Below are positions 27,301 through 41,039 of a stretch of DNA of 64,000 nt, piece after piece. The notes under the pieces were generated by a model, which saw only the letters and a list, made by a program, of their open reading frames with translations, did not search any database and was not told the DNA's origin. Source of the DNA: Tubiluchus corallicola (Eukaryota; Animalia; Priapulida); contig JAQGDQ010000089.1 in the NCBI GenBank assembly GCA_030141605.1, forward strand, positions 612,050 to 676,049, read 5' to 3'. The translations under genes and the position numbers were made by a program. The first letter of the stretch is position 1. The number at the start of each line of letters is the position of its first letter.

Positions 27301-28097
27301 ATTTTAGAATTTTGCCAGCCAATGTCTGCAATAGACGCAACGGGAAAATTTATGATGATGATGATTATTATTATTATGAAACAATAGAGGAGGTATTTAT
27401 TCTGCGTTATTAAAAATGTACTACATTTGTAAACCTGAAGCATACAGCACAGATGAAGCTGTTTTTGAAGTGAATACAAAAAAGCGACAAAAAAATCGCT
27501 GGAAAACTACAGTAACTAATGTTTGGAGAGAGCGAAAGCAGTTTTGCAAACCAGCACCTGCTGCTAGCCGCAAAATTTTCTAGGTGTCTAGGCGTGGAAC
27601 CTTGTCCACCCAGTTGCTGTTTTGTGACACAAAGCATTAGATAATCAGAGGGTTGCTTCTCTTGACAAATGTTTTGACAAAGAAGCAGAAGCAGCAGAGA
27701 GTCTCTCGGCGTTTTCATGGAACCCACAGCGAATGTTACTAAAAACAAACTGTTTTTTAAACAAAATTGATTAAGGTTAAACTTGACTTGTTTATCAAAA
27801 TTAATACACTTTTATTTTTGTGATGACAGCTTTATTAAACTGTAAAAAGTAATGATTAAAGTTTTCGATAAATAAAATACGTCACAATGGTTAGGCAATT
27901 CTAATTTTGAAAATTTAGAATTATGGAATTGAAGATTCAAGCTGTTTGTTTTGTTTGAAGAGATTTTTAACGTTTAACAATGCTACTAAAAGAATTTTTG
28001 CAGTAATTTTCCAACTGATGTGGCTTATCAACAGAAATGAATATAAAAAAGCTTTAAAACGTATAATTTAATTAAAACCGACTTTACTGAAACCAGA

Positions 28098-28553
28098 ATG
28101 GACGAAGAAAGCATAAAGCAGAAATTCGAAATAACACGTTCGAACGTAGAAACATTAAAAAAGGACATTTTTTATTTCGTGCAACCAGAAATGAAATATG
28201 ACACCGAAGACGAAGATGTAGTTCCTTTACAACTGTCCAGTGATATTTGCGAAGGACAGTCTTTGTCTCCAAACAGCGATCCCATGCTTAAGGAATTCAA
28301 AATGGCGCAAGAGAAACTTAATTCAGGAAATCAGCGTTGTACTAGCTACTTCACCACACGAAGCGGAGACCATGTTTACGTGATTGGCGCCACTGGAGAT
28401 GGCAACAATGGCAAGCGAGAATTAATCAAGAGTTTGCAGAAAGCTAATGTTGACCTGAGTAACATGGTGACAAAGTGCAACGAACTGCAAGACAAGATGG
28501 CTGCTTCCATGCAGCAATCACTCGAATCTCATCAAAATTTCAAATCCAGTTAG
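28098..28553 (+). CDS. Uncharacterised 151-aa ORF or terminal exon with predicted helical/coiled-coil C-terminus
   Basis: Longest non-repetitive, non-TE ORF in the window; higher GC than flanks; preceded by ...AAACCAG|AATG; heptad-like LIKSLQKANVDLSNMVTKCNELQDKMAASMQQSL; AATAAA at about 28783. Confidence 0.5.
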   Translation: MDEESIKQKFEITRSNVETLKKDIFYFVQPEMKYDTEDEDVVPLQLSSDICEGQSLSPNSDPMLKEFKMAQEKLNSGNQRCTSYFTTRSGDHVYVIGATGDGNNGKRELIKSLQKANVDLSNMVTKCNELQDKMAASMQQSLESHQNFKSS

Positions 28554-29365
28554 ATGAGCAAACATTCATCAATTTTTCAGGAAATCGCAGAGTTTAACAT
28601 TTGCGCGGGGCAATAACATTCTTCTTTATTATAGGCAGGCTCTACTCAAAACACTAGAAGCTTCTGAATACAAAATTCCGTTTTGGATGAAATGGTTATT
28701 TAACATATCATCATTATAACATCCAAAAAAATTAGCAATTAACATTTTTTCGAAATATTACAGCAAATTAAGAAAAATCCCAAAATAAAATTGACTTAAC
28801 AGCTTTTGCATTATGCTTGGAGTTTATATTACAAAAATTCGTTATTTAATGAAAATGGTCGTTAGTGGATGGTATAACGCTCTGTGTTTACTGCAAATTC
28901 AACTTTTAGTTCATCAAAAGCGCTGTGTGAAAGTTAGCTAAAATGTGACGAATATTTCCTTGATTCTTCAGCCTCCAGTGAATGTCATTAGCTTATTTTT
29001 AAACAAAATATTAGACAGAAAGACCTACGTAAGAGTTGTTATTTTTTATAAGCCCTAGTAATATCTGTCTATTGTCACAATTTTTCTGTGAACAGCACTA
29101 ATTACATTGTAAGGTGAAAGAAAACGTATCCTATTGGTGCAAAACAAATATGCCTCAAGTCTGAATTTAAGAATAATTAAGGTTTTTTTATAGACAAAAG
29201 ATTGTCCATTTTAATGGTTTTTGAGTAGTAGGCATTTTAGTTGAATTGATCGAATTTAACTTTTTGCTGATTTCGTATCAATGTCTGCTTGAGCACCACA
29301 TGAATTAAAATTAACATTGAATTGGGCGTTAAACAGATTACTATAAATGATGCATTGTTATAAGC

Positions 29366-29574
29366 CAGTGGGTCCCAACCTTTTTTGACCCGTTCCCCCT
29401 TTTTGAAGGCTGCTGATTCTCGTTCCTCCCTAGCCCACAAACAAAATGAAAAATGCATTTTTTAAATTCATTTTCAATGCATAAATGAACAAAAAAATGC
29501 ATTATTTTTATTTTTCCACCCATTCGTTCCTTCCCTGGAGGTGGCTCACCCCCCCCCTCCGTTGAGAACCCCTG
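29366..29574. mobile_element. hAT (Charlie-like) MITE
   Basis: TIRs CAGTGGGTCCCAAC / GTTGAGAACCCCTG; perfect 8-bp TSD TTATAAGC (29358-29365, 29575-29582). Confidence 0.92.
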
Positions 29575-29934
29575 TTATAAGCTATTTTATTGCTGTTTAT
29601 GCAGGTCTTTAAATGTTACAAATTTAGAGCTTATAACAATGTTAGTTGGGCTTTTTATGTTCTATATTGGTAGTGTGATGTTCTGTAAAGCCATTGCCGT
29701 GATTACTATAATAACACTGTAGTTATGGACAGAATTATGAAGCCCTTGTCTGTACTGTATCAGGTCTATGAAGCCAAGATGAAGCCATGTTGATTTGCGG
29801 ACAATGTGCTACACAAAAGAGACGTTGTACTCTGTGTGTTCACTGTAGGCCTTGATATGTACTTGCTAATTAAGGCACGCGGTGAATGCCAAGAGTGCAA
29901 CTACAATACTCAGGACAGACTACAACTTAGGATG

Positions 29935-29939
29935 CTTCT

Positions 29940-29971
<32 letters not shown>

Positions 29972-30125
29972 CCCGCTCTCTCTCTCTTTCCATCCCTTCC
30001 CTATCTGTTGCTGTCTTTTTTCCTTCATTTCTGCCTCTCTGTCTCTCTCTGCTCCGTTTCCACCCGCTCTTAATTTTTCTTTCTCTTTCTGCTTTGTCCT
30101 TCTATCCTTCCTTCTTTCTTCCATC
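29935..30125. repeat. CT-rich microsatellite and low-complexity tract
   Basis: Directly visible. Confidence 0.9.
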
Positions 30126-31209
30126 TACTTTTTACCTCGCCCGGTTTTCATGTCTAATAATATTGTTTGGTTTTAAGTTAAGATAACTGCCACCCCTTCC
30201 CCTCACACGCCATCAAGCGAGAATAAAATCTATTCAGCGAAGCCAACATCTTTCTCGGTTCATCCTAACTTCCTCGTGTATCAATACAATACTCCACTTA
30301 GTGATATGTCACTACCAGATGTCGGTACTAAATTACACCCTTTGTTCTCACTATTAGTTCCGGTGACGTCATCGCATCACTTCCAGTGCAAATTGACTCA
30401 GTCGAGTAAAACGTATTTCCAGAAGCCGTGTGGCAGTCCTAAAAGGGTTTTATAGGGCAAAAAATACTCAGCGTCGCATGAACTTTAGATTGTGCGTTGT
30501 GTTTTAAGTGACTTTACGAGAAACGTAAAAGCTTCAAACAATAATTCAGCCATGTGTTCTACGCTATACAGTCAGAAAAAACCCGATTCTTGATCATACT
30601 CAACAGAGCGGAACATGGTGAATTAAATGTCTAATTGAACGCCATTAACACTGCGTTAGATCACACGAACAAATGAAACTAATGCAGTCGTATAAACACG
30701 ATTAATAGTCCGATTAAATTTCGGTTAATAGTCGCAACAAAACTAATTGCAAAGTCGACGAAGGCTGACTAGAGGTCAGTTTCAGCTGATATATGTAGTC
30801 TTGCTGACTCGCCAATGCTACCTCAGGTCAAGGTCAATAGTTTAGAAATTTAATATTTTCGTTCCTGTCAAATAAATCATAAATGTTATGGAAATGCAAA
30901 AGATCCCAAATGATCATGAATCTCGCATGCACATCATCCAAAGGTTACCATCAAAATACCTGAGTGACAGAGGTATAAAAAAACTAGCCACTGTGGCAGT
31001 GTATAATCGACCTTTCTTGTGGACTGGTTGAACTTTGTAGCAAAATTGTAAAACTTGGTACAAAATTTCACGAATTGTCCGTGCAAACAACTTTCGTGTT
31101 ATGTTATATTAAATTACTACTAGATTGATGAATCGTATTTTTGAAATAACTATTTCTCGAACAGTATTCTCGAACTACCTAATTGTATATGTCTGTCCTG
31201 CGTCTGTAA

Positions 31210-31358
31210 CTAAAATACAATTCCCCACACAATCTAAATACTCTAACTCCAACCCTAGCCCAACCCTGAACCTACTCATAACCCTAACTCCAACCCTAAC
31301 TCTAATAATCCGTTTCATGAATTAATTTCTTGTGTGTCGGAAATTGTAAACTTTAGCC
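31210..31358. mobile_element. Short inverted-repeat element with internal (CCTAAC)n, copy 2
   Basis: TACAATTCCCCACACAA ... TGTGTCGGAAATTGTAAAC; homologous to 5383-5512. Confidence 0.75.
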
Positions 31359-31933
31359 AAGTAAAGTTTATACGTATATATTGAAGTACATATTACTGAT
31401 TTCAGCAGTGCGCAAGCATAGACATTGCCGTATGAACTGGTTTGCCTCCTCTACAGAGTATTACAAATTTTATAATAATTAAAGTAATAAAACCGGGAAT
31501 TGACAACGTCTAAACAATTGGATGAGCGAGTGGGTTGATGGGAAAGCAATTAAGTAATTAAATTAGACTGGGATTAATTGTTTTCAAGCAAAGTGCCAGG
31601 AAATTGCTTTTTATTTGTCTCGCAGAGACGATCCATCACAGTAATTTCTTGCATCTACGATTGACCAATTAATTTAGAAAATAATTAACCATAACAGTAA
31701 TTAAGAGCTGGCTTCATTAGCTGGCTTAATAAGTATGGATTAGATGTCAGATAGAAGGAAAAGGGTTAAATTGATTGTTTTTTTAATGTGGAATCGAGTC
31801 AGCTTTAAAAGGAAATGACTCATCCCATTGCCATAAGATTATAATCTATTCCGAAATGTCTGCATTGGTTCATCAGATCTTTATTATAAATAGGTCATAA
31901 GTAGATTTCTATATAAAATATATAAACAATTAA

Positions 31934-32300
31934 TGAATTTGAATTTGAATTTCAAGTATCATTTCAGAATGGCTTCCATATAAAACACTAGTTAAAAACG
32001 TACAAAATAAAAGATAGTACTACACAAAAATTAGTAAAACACGCTACTATGTAGACAGTGCCGGAGTTAGGAGAAATGAGGCCTTATGCTAGTAAGGTTA
32101 TACGGCTCCTTACTTGGAGGTAGCGCCTGTAGGCCCGGAAAACTTCACCCAGATGATACTGAACCCAAGCACTACAGACCAATTTCACTTTTATAGCTTT
32201 CCGGAAAAACATTTGAATGTATGACATTTGAAAAACCATCGTAAAAATTTTTTGGCAGGAAGATGGCCAATGAGGCCTTAAACACACCTAAACACAATGG
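31934..32300 (-). mobile_element. 5'-truncated LINE 3' end (L2/Crack-like), decayed
   Basis: (TTCAAA)n tail at 31934-31952; minus frame ...IQMFFRKAIKVKLVCSAWVQY...VFRAYRR resembles the post-RT region of L2-group ORF2. Confidence 0.4.
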
Positions 32301-32465
32301 TAAATGCCGCACTGTATATGTATATACAGTACATACAAAACACAACACCCCGCCCGGACAGTTCCTGCGTAAAATTCCAAAGCGGCTAAGCTGTTCAAAT
32401 TTAAGTTTAGTGGCTGCAAAAAATGGTTAATCACCGTCTGATTAACATATGTAAATCTTTGCACT

Positions 32466-32538
32466 GGTTGATATAGCTTAATTGACAGCATGCTTGCTTT
32501 TCGCCAGAAGGCGCGTGTTCAATTCCCAGTCGAATCAT
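32466..32538 (+). mobile_element. tRNA-derived SINE head or tRNA pseudogene
   Basis: TAGCTTAATTG A-box and GTTCAATTCC B-box at tRNA spacing; partly paired ends. Confidence 0.5.
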
Positions 32539-33522
32539 TAAAAAAGACAACAAAGTGGTACCAATACAGTTCTTGTAGGCCCACTAGTACAAAGCAAATG
32601 ATGTAGATCTATTGCTGAATCTTTTAATACCAAATAGCCGCCTCGCATCAACTACAGTTATGCATATGATTTTTTTATTAACAAAAAATAAATAAGTAAA
32701 TTAATAAATAAATAAGTATAATAAGTTTTCTAAACAAATTAATGGCTGATCCGAAGCCTTCGTCACGTTCAATGTAACATTTACGTATAACCTCTGAAAT
32801 AACGGTGGAAGTGACGCGATTGTTACCTTTTTGAACTCATGAAAACTGGATATATCCAGAAAAACCTTAATCGGGTCTTTCAAGTTACTCAGCAACGCAA
32901 GCGTGTATGAAGTTTTTATCCTTGAAACTTCTAATTAAAGCTTCATCAGCACGGCCTAAGTTAATTGTATTTGTAGAGCTATCAACATAGCTCACTTACA
33001 ATAGTTCCCTTCTCAAGAATTCATGCCCCCAGAATGCTCTTCCTATCCTTCGTTTATTATTGACTAAATTTGCGTGAGTCGGGAAGAAGAAATTCGATTT
33101 TGGGATAATTTCGTTTAAAATGCTGAATTCTGACTGAACGAGTGGTTGATCAATAATTACTGCCACTGCCTACAGGCAAAAATGTTACATGAACAGAGAA
33201 CGTAGGCTGAGCATTGTGCAAGGCAGATTAGATTGAAGACTAGACTTGAAGTACCATGTCATCTGCATAATTAAGCTAGTTGTCTTTTTGTCTTATCGTA
33301 TTTTTATTTTATTTATTTCGTAATCTTAAACTGAATCTTTTCATTTTACTCTTCATTTCTACTTGCATTTTGCAAAAATCTCAGACAAATCGGATTAGAC
33401 GTAGGCTTTTCAGATTTTTTTCGTCAGTCAGATACGCTTTAGTCAGGCAAATCGAGTGAAATACAAAAATACGAGTCATAACTGCTTCTTGGACACGCTC
33501 ACAAAGTTATAACCTGTTTTTA

Positions 33523-33855
33523 CGGCGCGTTTAGAGTAGCGAGTTCTTTCTAGAAAGTAAACTCTTCATAGTCTTCAAGTAGCTCGCCAAGTAACTCGCA
33601 AGCTTGTTCAAACTACAGAGTAAAATTTGCTGCGAATTACTCTCCGACAGTAAGCATGAACTTACACTCTCTTCTTTATTCGTTGCAAGAGGTGCCGAGA
33701 GTAACTCGCCGAGGCGTTCACACTAGATTGTAACTCGCATCAACTGTCGAAGAGTTCGCAGTAATAGGAGCTTGCAAACGTAGTTCACACTTACGAGTTT
33801 ACTTGCTGTCAGAGAGAAAACTCACTACAAAAACTCCGCTAGTCTAAACGCGCCG
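33523..33855. mobile_element. PIF/Harbinger-type MITE
   Basis: TIRs CGGCGCGTTTAGAGTAGCG / CGCTAGTCTAAACGCGCCG; TTA on both sides (TWA TSD); internal GTTCA(C/A)ACT subrepeats. Confidence 0.88.
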
Positions 33856-34905
33856 TTAGATCTGTTCAAATAACCGTATGTGACTGACATTTTGACATTT
33901 TAGCACAACTTGAACACTTCACAGAAAGCACAGACATAACTGAAGTAGTAATTTATAATCTTAATGACAATATTAGTAGTTAGCGGTGGAACACAACGGC
34001 AATTATTGTAGTTTTGGAACCAAACTTGAACGAAATGGAGGACAGGTGGAAGAGTGTTGACTGGGACAGTGTTTGATTCAGAAACACCAAGATTACAATT
34101 TCAGTTGTGAACTTTACAGATTCGTGCCTTCTGATAACTAAAGCCTACTGGTGTATTTGTTGTAAATAACTGTGATCGAACGTAGTAACTGGCCGCTACA
34201 TATGGTAGAGACAGTCAGACATTTTAAGCTTGGATGTTTGATGTGGATTATAAATAGATGAAATCTCTAAAACGGGTTGTTGATACCAGTACAAATGGAA
34301 GTTTTGAAGTAGCTGCGTGTGTGCGGCGGCAACAGCGAGATAAGGATATGGCTATAAATTTTCTCAAAAACTTGCATTGCTCATGTTCACTGTGTCTACA
34401 AACATTTCCAGTTTTATTTGCTTGCGAAGCCTCGAATTGCAGCTTGAACCCGAGGTCACCTTGAAACATGCATCACGTGATTGGTGGGTGACATTCATGC
34501 TGACATTGCAGCAAGACTTACGATTATGGTAACGATGTGATTACGTTAATGAAACTAGAATAATCGTCGAAATAGAGTGATGGTGCAGTATGCGAATAGA
34601 AACTGTGTGCTGACCATCACTCGGCACTTAAATCAATGTATCCTGTATCTTGTGTGCAGAACAGTAATGTGGCCGTCTGTATTAAATAAACAGCTTCTTT
34701 CTTATTTCTAGATTTCATTATTTATTGTTCCTTCCCTTTTCTCTGTTTTCGGTTCCTCGTTTTTTTCCTTCTACCTTTTGATTAGTTGCTTTTTTGTCTA
34801 TGTAGTATTACTTCTTTTTTTATTTATCTGCCTGTCTCATTCCTGTCTTCGAATTGAGTTGGGTTTGTTTTCCATTATCATTGTTGATTACGTCTCCTCC
34901 TTCTC

Positions 34906-34919
34906 GTTGCCGTGGTAAC
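34906..34919. promoter_or_regulatory. RFX X-box-like motif GTTGCCGTGGTAAC
   Basis: Close match to the X-box consensus; function unsupported. Confidence 0.3.
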
Positions 34920-36359
34920 CAGCTGCCTCATGAATGAGTGCTTTCACAAGAAACATTTTTCTTGTTTTCAAGCAAAAATGTTCGAGTAGCTATTACTGAT
35001 AACGAAGCCCAGGATTTAATTCAAAATCCTGCAAGTATGACAAACTGTAATCTTGTCAGCACATTATCCATTTCAATCCTACAATTTCGTTTGCTCGGCT
35101 TCATGCAAGGCTTCTTCCCTTCTGAAACAAAATCTTTCCGTTTTTAAGGGTATTTAGATTTTATTTAGTTGTGCTGTAACCTGTATTGTGTTATTTTTAG
35201 ATGTGCAGTAACTAAAAAATATAACTTTTTCATACACAATTATCCAACAAGCTAATGCTGGAGCGTCACAAGGGAAAGCGTTCGGCCGGTTATTTTTCAG
35301 TGTGAACATAAATGAATTTACATAAAAAACTACCTACAATGCTAGCAATAAAAACTTAACTTACTTACTTCTTGTAAAGTTTATCTGGATGGATTTCATA
35401 TAAATTCGTTAATACTTTACTGCCTGCTTTTGCAAATTATTAACGTAAATGTCCAAGCAAATAAATGTCTGAAGATACACTAGTCATTTGTTATCTAGAA
35501 CTAGCTGTCCTTGATTAGAATTTTCGTAATCCCCTTTAGTAAATCCTAAGCTTGCACTAATTAATATGCATAACACGAGGAGACTAATTACTAATTAATG
35601 TAGACAGTGTGATGCTGAGCATGATAATTGAAAGGACGTTGGTATTAATTGGCAGGAAGATCAACACGCTCATAATAAATATCTTATGTGGGTATGGGTA
35701 TACGTATAAGAACGAACGAAAAGGAATAGCTTCGAACGTTTGGACTACTTGCAAAGAACTAACCACGTAATTTGTCAGAATCGAAGAATAAATTCATGTG
35801 CATAAATTCCTGATTGTAAACACGATATTTTTATTACGCTATGAGTTTGTTTTAATTTTACTGAGAAGTTTATCATTGACCGAGTTTATCCTATTGACAT
35901 CAGTTCTGCAACCAAAATTATTTGAATAGATGCTGTAATAGTTGAAACGCTGTTGTGACGGAAGTAGTTGATAAACGTACAAATACAAAAAAATAGTATT
36001 TAATTTACCAATTAGCAGCCGAAGAGCTAAAAATATAAAGAAATTTACTAACTACTTCCCTCACTACACTATAATACACCGTCTGCTTTAGTTATTTCCA
36101 TATAATCAGAAACAAGCTGCGAGATTAACCCTCCAAATGTTAGGAAAAAGGAAGTAATACTTCTTGAAATTGAAACGAAATTGTTTTAAGTTTAGAGTGA
36201 CTGAAAATGTTTGTAGGTTCGGAAATGTACTTTTTTGTAGAGCTAGTAAAATACACTCAGCCATTGTCACCATAACAAAGTAGAGATTATGCTACTGCGA
36301 AAAAGGTGATTTTGAGCGATTGTGCAGTTAGTAACAGAGTCTTCTTTACGCAGATGTCA

Positions 36360-37104
<745 letters not shown>

Positions 37105-37185
<81 letters not shown>

Positions 37186-37285
37186 CTTCTGCGTGTGTGT
37201 GTGTGTGCGTGTGCGTGCGTGCGTGCGTGCGTGCGTGAGTGTGTGTATGGGGGGATGGGTGGGTGCGTGCGGGCGTGTGCGAGCG
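37105..37285. repeat. (CT)n followed by (GT)/(GCGT)n
   Basis: Directly visible. Confidence 0.95.
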
Positions 37286-37341
37286 TAAATTCGAGATGAT
37301 TTTAAGTGTGCATGCGTAACGTAAGAGTACAGGTTGCTTAA

Positions 37342-38182
37342 AGGAAAACAGGATAATTTTTCATGTTGTACTTACGGCTGAAGTAGGCACATGTTAAAAT
37401 TAAATCAATAAAATTGAAGTTAACGAAACGTAAATTTATTGCTGGCAAGTAAATACAGTTCACAAGTTCAGATGTGCTTTTGAAGGTGGGCTTTATCTAG
37501 AACAGATTCGAATTCTGACTTTGTGTTAGTAAAAGCTACCAGTCAGGTGCACATGTGAGCTTATAAAAAGGGAAGGCCTACTGTAGATCCTTGTCAGTGG
37601 TCGGTGTCATTTAGAGCAGGGGTATCTCCTCCAGGTCTGTTCACAGTGGTCGGTTGGGTCCTTTCTTCTAGAGTGGACATTTGGGTAAGCTGATTGTGTA
37701 GCTGTATAAGCTTAATAATAAACGGTTAATTCAACTCCATGATTCGAATTTATTTTAACTGAAATGTTTGGTTAGTTTAAGCAAAACATGTAGCATAAAT
37801 TAGGCCGCAGTGTTGTCCGTCCTGTCTCCGTTATGAACGGCGACAGTCCAATATCCTACTGATTTTGCACTACGTTAAAAACTATACGCTGTGTTCAGAA
37901 AACGTGTGCGCTAGGTCACAAATGAACAGCTCAGAACTGAGAGGCACAGCGCCTGTTTTTGTGCAACGCCTTTCCGAGATGCAGGCGCTAGTGCCTATCT
38001 AACTAGCGAATGGCACAATGCATGTAATAGCGGAGAACCAGGCGCGCGAATGCGAATTACGTTTCAGTGGTAGTAATAATTTTTTGGCGTAAGTTATTCT
38101 TGAAAAAACACCGTGTCTTCTTTCAATATTTTATAGTGTAGATTGTTTTGAGCTGTAGTTTAAAATGTGGTCCGGTTTTCCT
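37342..38182. mobile_element. Non-autonomous Kolobok-like DNA transposon, family A copy 2
   Basis: TTAA|AGGAAAACAGGA ... TCCGGTTTTCCT|TTAA; inverted homolog of 3597-4181 with extra internal sequence. Confidence 0.8.
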
Positions 38183-40664
38183 TTAATCTGTTCTGGAATG
38201 CGTGCTTTGGACTTAAAATTACTTCCCAGTAACAGGGCGAAGTGTGCAGAATATCGGAAGCCAAGCATGCATAAATCTGGAACACGTTTTCTACAGTGGT
38301 CACTTGACTGGGTGACTTGAGACAAGGTTATAGTACACGACTACGCGTGCTTTCCTTCTCAGATGCCAAAGATTGCTTAGTATTGTCACGTTAGAAATGC
38401 CAGATATTGTGTGTCTGTGGTGTTATATCATTGAGCACAAGTAAGTAGATGCTAACATTTTTATTAGTCAATATGAAATTATATAACTCATAAAATTAAG
38501 TGTAATATTTTTTGACTAATCAGCCGTAACAAAAACAATGAAAATTAAGTATGTATGCATGATAAACCTGCGTTTAATGTTGATGACCAGCGTCAGTCAC
38601 TTCAGTATTAATGATTTTTATAGTTAGACAAGATTTCTCGGCATTATGACCTACTTAAAAAACTTTAGTATAAAAGCATATTTACAGGCTGACAGTTTAC
38701 CTCTTCCATTCCTCATACAGTATTAAGTTGCATATTGTGCAAGAGTCCAAAACTCGCTTTACTTACAGCCGTTGAAAATACGCAAAAAAACTTGGATTCA
38801 TTAGCAAAAAAGTTTAAAATATCACTTGCGGTTTTCAGTCACCATCTTTACTGTTATAATTGCATACACGTTTTCGTACAATGGTGTACAAACTGTGTTA
38901 TTTATTACTTGCGTCGTGTCTGTTTGTACTATTATTAGTTATTAAATACTTTGATTAAATTAATTAATTGGAGTTTAGTGATCGCTTGAGTTTTCTTTCT
39001 AAGGATGAGATAATCCATTGTGGACTAAAACCGTACCATTCATGTTTTCTTTTTTATTTCCTTATCCTTGCAAAATGTAATCGATTTTTTACACTGTCAT
39101 TGCAAACTAATCAACTTGTTTACACTCTACCAATAAAATAATGAATTTGTTTACGCTCTGTCAATGCACAAACCGATCTGTTTCTTTTCAAAGCAAACTA
39201 ACCAGTCATTTAATTCTATGAGCTTTTTTATGCAAACGCTGTATTTATCGGCAGTACGGGCTTAAATGACGTTATCTAAAGACGCAATAAAGAACACAAG
39301 GTTTTTTTTGTTTAGTATTAATTAGGAGAATGCTCTTCTGAGGCTTGTAATCTTTATAACTGTCCTTTTTAGTCTGAAAAGGCAGGTTTTGCTTATTCCA
39401 GGAGCTTTCGTACTAACGGTCATCACAGTTGATGAGGTTAATGACGGTCCGGTTAAGAGCACGGTTCAGCTGATGAGGACAGTTAAGACGAATGCATCTG
39501 GAACACTCGTTTACAGAGTTCTTCCATAAAAATGTTTCAGTGATATTTCGGACCCATCAAGCTCAGAAGTTCCTACAAGGAAACATCCAAGTTTTCGCAC
39601 TTTTGACACAAATGCAGCCGTCATTCAGCCTTTAGTTAAACTTTTGGCAGATTCGGCATAACCAAATAGGTATGCTTTATTTAGTATTTTAATTGGTATT
39701 GTTTATTATTAGCTGTTTTATTAGCTACACTTTGCCATTTTGATAGTTTGAATTGTGACAGCATATTTACCCCATTTCACACAAAATCAATGGATGAATA
39801 CAATCAGTTTTTCAGCCCTCAAAAAAGCAAAATGGATTTGTTCACAGACTTCAGCAGTTAAACTATAGCCTTGTGAATGAAATGGGTTCTGACGGTACAT
39901 TTACTCCATTCCTAAAAAATACTAATATATTGATAAGATTCCTTCGCCCTTCTAAAGCAAAGGGGGTTTTCCTACCGGCTTCAGCAGTTCGTCTGCAGTC
40001 ATATGAATAAATTGTAGCCGACCTTGAACAATTTCAGGTTTACAGGCTTAAATTTCACATTAAATGTGTGACACAGAAGCCAATAAAGCATACAGAAGAA
40101 TGTTGCTGTCGTTTATAAGCTGTAACTTGGGGCTGCTGTTAAAATAAGTTGATTTTATGATGTAAATTACGATACTGAACACATTCACAGTAAGTCTTCA
40201 AATATTTCGAGAAGACAAAAATTCTTTTGTAAGTATGAGACATTTAATTGAATTTTTTTGAAATTATGAGTTACTTAATTTTAATTATTACATTTCTTGA
40301 TATACGTTTTCCATAGTAAATGCATAACGGAAAAAACGAACAAACATCATATTGATTTGTAAATTATTAACACATTATTAAAAATGAAATTACAAACTAT
40401 AAGTGCATCTGTAATAGCATACCAACAGAACAACGTATGCCAACAAGTTTTACTATTATCATTATCAAATATAAATTTTTCACGAAAAATAAAATCTTTT
40501 TACTTAATTAAAATAGTCAGCAAGTTTGTAAAACAAACATTTTAATATTTATTAACATAAACTAGTCTCAAAGAGCTATAATTGTAGCATATTTCCTAAA
40601 CCAGTTGGAGTTGCGTAATAAGCAGACTGCCATTTGTTACAAGCAATGAGAATATTTTCGTTAA

Positions 40665-41039
40665 AGGGGAAGAAAAGGCATTCGACAGGGGCAATTACAG
40701 TATGTCCCAAAAGTTTCTATACAAATTTATATTAATTAGCGTTACGCTTACTTATTTAAAAGACTTCTTACCAGCTGGTTAAACGTTTCACTACTCTTGT
40801 GTGAACCAAAGAAAAGCGTCACTGGCTCACCCAAAAACAGATTATTGTTCTTTTATTGACAAGTAATTTATGCTTTTGCTTTGTTAACAAAGAATATGTT
40901 ACGAATGCTCTAATTATTTTTTCAAACTTTATGCTATGTTATCTCAACTTGTTTCAAATCACTTGACGCTAAACTGGCTGCGCCTAACGGCCAACGCATG
41001 AATTTAAATTTATATGTAAGTGAAGGGTTTTCTTGTCCT
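40665..41039. mobile_element. Non-autonomous Kolobok-like element, family B
   Basis: TTAA|AGGGGAAGAAAA ... TTTTCTTGTCCT|TTAA; interior shared with 8290-8405. Confidence 0.7.

Noticed and set aside
32466-32538. Functional tRNA gene
   Set aside because: Anticodon and T stems do not pair properly; better explained as a SINE head or pseudogene
39436-39505. Hammerhead ribozyme at CTGATGAGGAC
   Set aside because: No pairing stem II and no GAAA; it is a short local repeat
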